DNA of 42,229 nucleotides from Promethearchaeota archaeon Loki_b31 (GTDB lineage: Archaea > Asgardarchaeota > Lokiarchaeia > Sigyniarchaeales > SOKP01). The stretch spans positions 1 to 42,229 of the forward strand of contig NJBI01000030.1 of the NCBI GenBank assembly GCA_005222975.1, read 5' to 3'. Shown here one piece after another: positions 37,990 through 42,229 of the stretch. A program made the translations under genes and the position numbers. Positions within the stretch are counted from its first letter, which is position 1. Every line of letters starts with the position of its first letter. The notes under the pieces were generated by a model, which was given only the letters and a program-made list of their open reading frames with translations, ran no database searches and was not told the origin of the DNA.

Positions 37990-38651
37990 TGAGAAAGATA
38001 ACAAATAGTCGGGATCCGTTAGAAGTTATTGGGCGTGCTAAAGGATATTCACGCGAAGAATTGGTCCTTAATCTTCCGCGCCATTCTAAATTTTCTCCTG
38101 CTCTAATTCAACATATCAAAAAGCTTCCAGAAGTAATTTTACGCAATTCAGGAACTCCATTGGCAAAAAAAATTAACCGAATGATGCGAGAAGTGTTTAC
38201 TGAAGTGTATCGTGCGAAACAATTCGCTCGAACAGAAATAAATAGTCGTGGTGTGCTATTCGGAGTTGTACATCTCAAGCATAGAGTGATTGATCTTGTC
38301 TTAAATTATTTTCACGATAGGTGGCCACAATGTGTAATCTGTTTGTATAATGAACACACCCATAAAAACGGGGTAATAGACGAAAAAGGATTAATTCGTG
38401 AAATTTACTCTCCTCTAAAAAATGCTGTAGAAAAAATTAGTAGTAATCGTCCCCTTATCCCATATTTTGATGATATCCAATTTTCCGGTGAAGAAATCTT
38501 CGAAACACTATACAAATCACAATTCATATCTGAACGAGAAAACCAACCTTACTTTAAAAGGATGATCCCGGACCAATGTTTTAAGCTACCGGGGATGAAA
38601 AATGGAGTAGAAAAGCGTTTTCGAAATAGGAACCTTAATGAATTTCTTTAA
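37989..38651 (+). CDS. DUF4130-like partner protein of the radical SAM enzyme
   Basis: TAATG coupling; REV..EVYRAKQFAR, H.V.DLV..YF.DRWP, Y.SQFI.EREN..YF..MIP. Confidence 0.75.
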   Translation: MRKITNSRDPLEVIGRAKGYSREELVLNLPRHSKFSPALIQHIKKLPEVILRNSGTPLAKKINRMMREVFTEVYRAKQFARTEINSRGVLFGVVHLKHRVIDLVLNYFHDRWPQCVICLYNEHTHKNGVIDEKGLIREIYSPLKNAVEKISSNRPLIPYFDDIQFSGEEIFETLYKSQFISERENQPYFKRMIPDQCFKLPGMKNGVEKRFRNRNLNEFL

Positions 38652-38832
38652 CAACCTTTGATTTGTTTTCTCAAATTATCATTTTGGATGTATTGTTTTT
38701 ATTTAAGTTTGAGTATCAAGATTAATCTTTTTAGAGAGTAATTTTAGATTTTATAAAATCAAACCTTATATAAGTTGCACCTTTTTTTTCACATAAGCTC
38801 GCTTAAACGAAATAGAGAGAGTAAGAAAAATT

Positions 38833-39612
38833 GTGACATTAAAAATTGTATCATTTAGCGGAAAAGGCGGCGTTGGCAAATCTACCTTGCTGGTGCTCAT
38901 GCTTAAACACATCTTGGAATCGAAAAAATACGAGAACATACTGGTTATTGACGCCGATCCCGACGCAAACATCGGAGACATCATCGGTGAAGATATTGGG
39001 TTCAAACAAACGGTAGGGGGAAAAATGACAGCGCTCAAGGAAAAAATTCAGAAAAGACAAATACCCCTCGAAGTTTCGAAAGATCAAATCATCGAATCTG
39101 AGGTTTTCGACACGCTCATAGAATTGGACGACTTTGACCTTTTAGAAATGGGACGCGGAGAGGGTAGCGGGTGTTACTGTAGTGTAAATAATACCCTGAA
39201 ACGGGTAATTGATGTATTATCCAAAAATTACGATGTAGTACTTATCGATGCTCCTGCGGGGTTAGAACACTTTGCTCGAAGGACGGGGCGGGACGTGACT
39301 GACCTCATTATCGTAACGGACGCGAGTAAAATGGGATTTCACACCATGGAAAGAATTGTCGAAGTAACCAACGAAGTCCACTTAGACTTTAAAAACATCC
39401 TCGTTATCGGTAATCGCTTTCCCGAAGACATGGAAAATTTGTTAACCGAAAAAGTTGAAAGCATTAAAGACGACAGGGTAAAATTTCTGGGCTTACTCCC
39501 TAACGACGAAGAAATTAGTAAAATAAACTTACTCGAGAAAAATCTGCTAGATATTTCTGCTGAAAACAAATTTTACAAATCTGCAAAAGAGCTTTTCGCA
39601 AAAATAGTCTAA
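38833..39612 (+). CDS. cooC: CooC/AcsF-type nickel-insertion ATPase (MinD/ParA family)
   Basis: GKGGVGKST, IDADPD.N, MGR.EG.GCYC, DAPAGLEH..R.T. Confidence 0.9.
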   Translation: MTLKIVSFSGKGGVGKSTLLVLMLKHILESKKYENILVIDADPDANIGDIIGEDIGFKQTVGGKMTALKEKIQKRQIPLEVSKDQIIESEVFDTLIELDDFDLLEMGRGEGSGCYCSVNNTLKRVIDVLSKNYDVVLIDAPAGLEHFARRTGRDVTDLIIVTDASKMGFHTMERIVEVTNEVHLDFKNILVIGNRFPEDMENLLTEKVESIKDDRVKFLGLLPNDEEISKINLLEKNLLDISAENKFYKSAKELFAKIV

Positions 39613-39738
39613 TTTTTACCTGATACAAAATAGAACAAGTGTTTAAATCTAAATATTTATTCGTTCAATAAAAATTGACCCTGAGAAAAACGAAGAAACA
39701 AATTATTTGTAAAGCAAAGAAGAAAAATAAGAGCAAAA

Positions 39739-40551
39739 TTACTGTTGACGATACATAGGGACGATTTTTGAAGTGAATTCTTCTAAAGTGTAGGGAAAAT
39801 CGTCTTCGCTTGAAATCTTCCCTAATTCCAGCAATATCTGTCGTGCTAACAACCAAAAAGCTAAGCCTAACGCTTTCTTCCCTCTATTATTTGCGGGTAT
39901 AGCGAGGTCGATTCCGTCAAGCAAATCGTCAGTATCGAACAACGCTACGACGGGGATTCGAGCTAATTGAGCTTCTCTTAAAATTACTTTATCGGCATGA
40001 GGATCAACGATAACTACCACCGACGCATCTTTAATATAATCCTCTATGATAGGATTCGTTAAAGAGCCAGGAATAAAACGCTCGGTGATTGCCCTACATC
40101 CTAACACTTTGCAAAATTGCTTTACGGGTTCTTTTCCATATCTTCTGACAGAGGATACGATCACCTTATCGCTTCCACCCTCAACGTATTTGCTCAGGAA
40201 TTTTGCGGCAACATTTAGGCGTTCGTCAGTTTTAGTCAAATCAATAACATACAAACCGTAATTAGTTTGTCTATACACAAATTGTCTCGCATCTCCAGAT
40301 AATAATTTTGTTCCAATGTGGATTCCACAACTTAGATATAATTGCTTTTTTTCTTCATCCTTGTCAATAATTTTTTCAACTTGCTCAACTTCAGCGTCTA
40401 TATCGTCAGTATCTAGCAAATTAAGTTCCTTTTCGATATCTAAATCTTCATCAAAATCTTCATCAAAATCTTCTTCGATATCTTTTTCTTCTTCCTTTAC
40501 TTCCTTCGCAGTTTTCTTAGTTTTTTCTGTTTTTTTCTTTTTTTTAGCCAA
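39739..40551 (-). CDS. rps2: 30S ribosomal protein S2 (uS2) with a long charged N-terminal extension
   Basis: YL..GIHIGTK, GLYVIDL, RFIPGSLTNP, DP..D, IPVVAL.DTD, IPANNRG. Confidence 0.96.
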   Translation of the reverse strand: MAKKKKKTEKTKKTAKEVKEEEKDIEEDFDEDFDEDLDIEKELNLLDTDDIDAEVEQVEKIIDKDEEKKQLYLSCGIHIGTKLLSGDARQFVYRQTNYGLYVIDLTKTDERLNVAAKFLSKYVEGGSDKVIVSSVRRYGKEPVKQFCKVLGCRAITERFIPGSLTNPIIEDYIKDASVVVIVDPHADKVILREAQLARIPVVALFDTDDLLDGIDLAIPANNRGKKALGLAFWLLARQILLELGKISSEDDFPYTLEEFTSKIVPMYRQQ

Positions 40552-40728
40552 TATATATTCCCTATAATAGAATTAGTATATTAAATTACAATCTTAGATA
40601 AATTAAATAAAATAACATAATTTTAATATTTTATTAAAAGAAATCTTCTAATTCTCTTAGAACTAAAGATTTAATATATCAAATTAATTAAATTTATTAT
40701 TAAACTCAAATAAGATATTTGATTGAGA

Positions 40729-41217
40729 ATGGTTTCGTATAGATTATTGCTTGGAATTGTTATTGGAATTGTTTTTAGTTTTTTTACCGCATTCTTTTTT
40801 AATATGGAAGAGATAATAATCCAACTACAACTTTATTCACAAATTGACGTTTTAAGAGTTATAATCATTTTAATTGGAGCTAATTTTAAATTTGATCTCT
40901 TTTCAATATTTACTGGGTCGTCCACGATAATCGACTTTTTCGCTCCACAGCTTCTAGCTAGTATTTTTATTGGTTATTTGAGTGGTACTATTTCAAAAGG
41001 TCTGAAAAGAGGTTTTATCGCAAGTTTGCTTGTTATTATAATCGATTTTTTAATCTGGATGTTGTTAAGCGTCATATCTGGTGAAGATTTAATGGCTTTA
41101 TTTCAAGGAACTCAACTATCTGTTACCATTGGAGGAATGCTTACTGCAATTATAGGATCTATTATAGGAGGCTTAATTGGAGGGGTAATTAGTGGACCTT
41201 ATGAAGAAGTTTATTAA
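40729..41217 (+). CDS. Hypothetical membrane protein (about 4 TM, Gly-rich C-terminal helix)
   Basis: Hydrophobic ORF with GxxxG repeats (GSIIGGLIGGVISG). Confidence 0.7.
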   Translation: MVSYRLLLGIVIGIVFSFFTAFFFNMEEIIIQLQLYSQIDVLRVIIILIGANFKFDLFSIFTGSSTIIDFFAPQLLASIFIGYLSGTISKGLKRGFIASLLVIIIDFLIWMLLSVISGEDLMALFQGTQLSVTIGGMLTAIIGSIIGGLIGGVISGPYEEVY

Positions 41218-41317
41218 TTCATAATAGAAAAAAGAAGTATTGGATAGAGTTTGTTTCCTACTATAATTCTTAAATTTAGACTAAACCTTATAGTTAATAA
41301 TAAATTATTAAAGTGTA

Positions 41318-41851
41318 ATGGCAAGCGAAGAAACTCTACCTAATAGCGATTTTGCTTTTGATTTATTGAAAAAGTTAAAAGTTTCTTACAATGTACGGCG
41401 TCATTCTCTAAAAGTTACTGAGAAGGCCTTAGAATTAGCAGAAAAAATAAAGTTGAGAGAGATTGATATGGATTTAATTGAAATTGGAGGCCTATTACAC
41501 GATATTGGTAGGTGCAAAACTCATGGATTTAATCACGCCTTAATTGGGGCTAAATTAATTAGAGAAAGAGGTTTATCAGAGCGGCTTGCCAAAATTTGTG
41601 AAACTCATATTTTAGGTGGATTAGATAAAGAAGATGCTAAGCAAGTTGGGTTACCTGAGAGAGATTTTTTACCACAAACCCTTGAAGAAAAAATTATCTG
41701 TCTTGCGGATAAACATATAGCTGGAACTAAAGAAGTTTCAATCGAACAGAGATTTGAAAAGTGGTTCAACAAATATGGTAAAACTCAGATACTTACTAAA
41801 GCTAAAGAGCGAATTGAAAAAATCCAAAGAGAAATTGAAGATTTAACATAA
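41318..41851 (+). CDS. HD-domain metal-dependent phosphohydrolase (archaeal HDIG type)
   Basis: RRHS..V, LLHDIGR, HA..GA, ETHI, P.TLEEKII.LADK. Confidence 0.9.
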   Translation: MASEETLPNSDFAFDLLKKLKVSYNVRRHSLKVTEKALELAEKIKLREIDMDLIEIGGLLHDIGRCKTHGFNHALIGAKLIRERGLSERLAKICETHILGGLDKEDAKQVGLPERDFLPQTLEEKIICLADKHIAGTKEVSIEQRFEKWFNKYGKTQILTKAKERIEKIQREIEDLT

Positions 41852-42087
41852 TTTAGAAAATTAAAGTCTTTTTTTTAGTTGGTTAATAATACCTCCGTGT
41901 TTCAGATCACTTTCCTAAAATTATTCCGGATTTTTATCAATTGCGGATTAATTTTTCGATTCCATTTTTTGATTTAAAAAATTGTTTTTAATTGTTCCAA
42001 TAAAATGAATTTTAAATAGTGATTAACATAAAGATATATTATAATATTTCTTTTTGAAAACGAAATTTAATTAATTTGAATGAACTC

Positions 42088-42229
42088 ATGAACACTTATG
42101 ATATAATAATTGTTGGTGCTGGTCCTGGAGGTTCAATGTCAGCAAAAACTGCAGCAGATTTGGGATTAAAAACAATTTTCTTTGAACGTGGGCGAAAACC
42201 AGGTGAAAAAAATTCATCAGGATGTGGTT
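42088..42229 (+). CDS. FAD-dependent oxidoreductase (FixC/geranylgeranyl reductase family), 5' part only
   Basis: Manual translation: MNTYDIIIVGAGPGGSMSAKTAADLGLKTIFFERGRKPGEKNSSGCG. Confidence 0.85.
   Translation, partial: MNTYDIIIVGAGPGGSMSAKTAADLGLKTIFFERGRKPGEKNSSGCG

Noticed and set aside
1066-40567. Numerous antisense or overlapping ORFs in the track (e.g. 1066..1542, 4039..4431, 7938..8372, 16282..16896, 23306..23692, 31973..32332, 40316..40567)
   Set aside because: They are shadows on the opposite strand or in an alternate frame of well-supported genes and carry no recognisable motifs.
41852-42087. Possible structured RNA (TCCG...CGGA) downstream of the HD gene
   Set aside because: The stem is too short and there are no recognisable family features.

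Overview
Gene-dense, AT-rich archaeal chromosomal segment, most consistent with an Asgard archaeon (Lokiarchaeia-like). This is inferred from gene content: archaeal ether-lipid genes, methanopterin genes, archaeal uS2, an SCP2 protein and a stand-alone response regulator. In order it holds: a methanopterin-biosynthesis cluster (DHPS-like, DUF1464, DUF447, MptD, RFAP synthase); feoAB; an AIR-synthase-like protein; LarE; a PadR/HAAS membrane-protein module; a lone m6A methyltransferase; an ether-lipid operon (CTP-dependent lipid kinase, GGR, GGGPS, DGGGPS); a glycoside/lipid uptake block (two GPH-family MFS, GH3, SCP2, two Gfo/Idh/MocA); DDAH, IlvD and an M28 peptidase; a second lone m6A methyltransferase; GS, 4-OT and an IolD-like ThDP enzyme; a radical-SAM-HhH/DUF4130 pair; CooC, rps2, an HD protein and a partial FixC/GGR gene. 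No rRNA, tRNA, CRISPR array or transposase was recognised. The best leads are: (1) a PadR-zinc-ribbon plus two HAAS membrane proteins, with a tandem palindromic operator and an 11-mer amphipathic repeat, as a candidate Asgard membrane-stress system; (2) apparent ATT/ATA initiation in three genes, each behind an SD-like motif; (3) two disrupted membrane-protein genes (in-frame TAG, homopolymer frameshift); (4) uncharacterised enzymes embedded in the pterin and lipid operons. All family calls come from motif recognition by eye; no database search was run.
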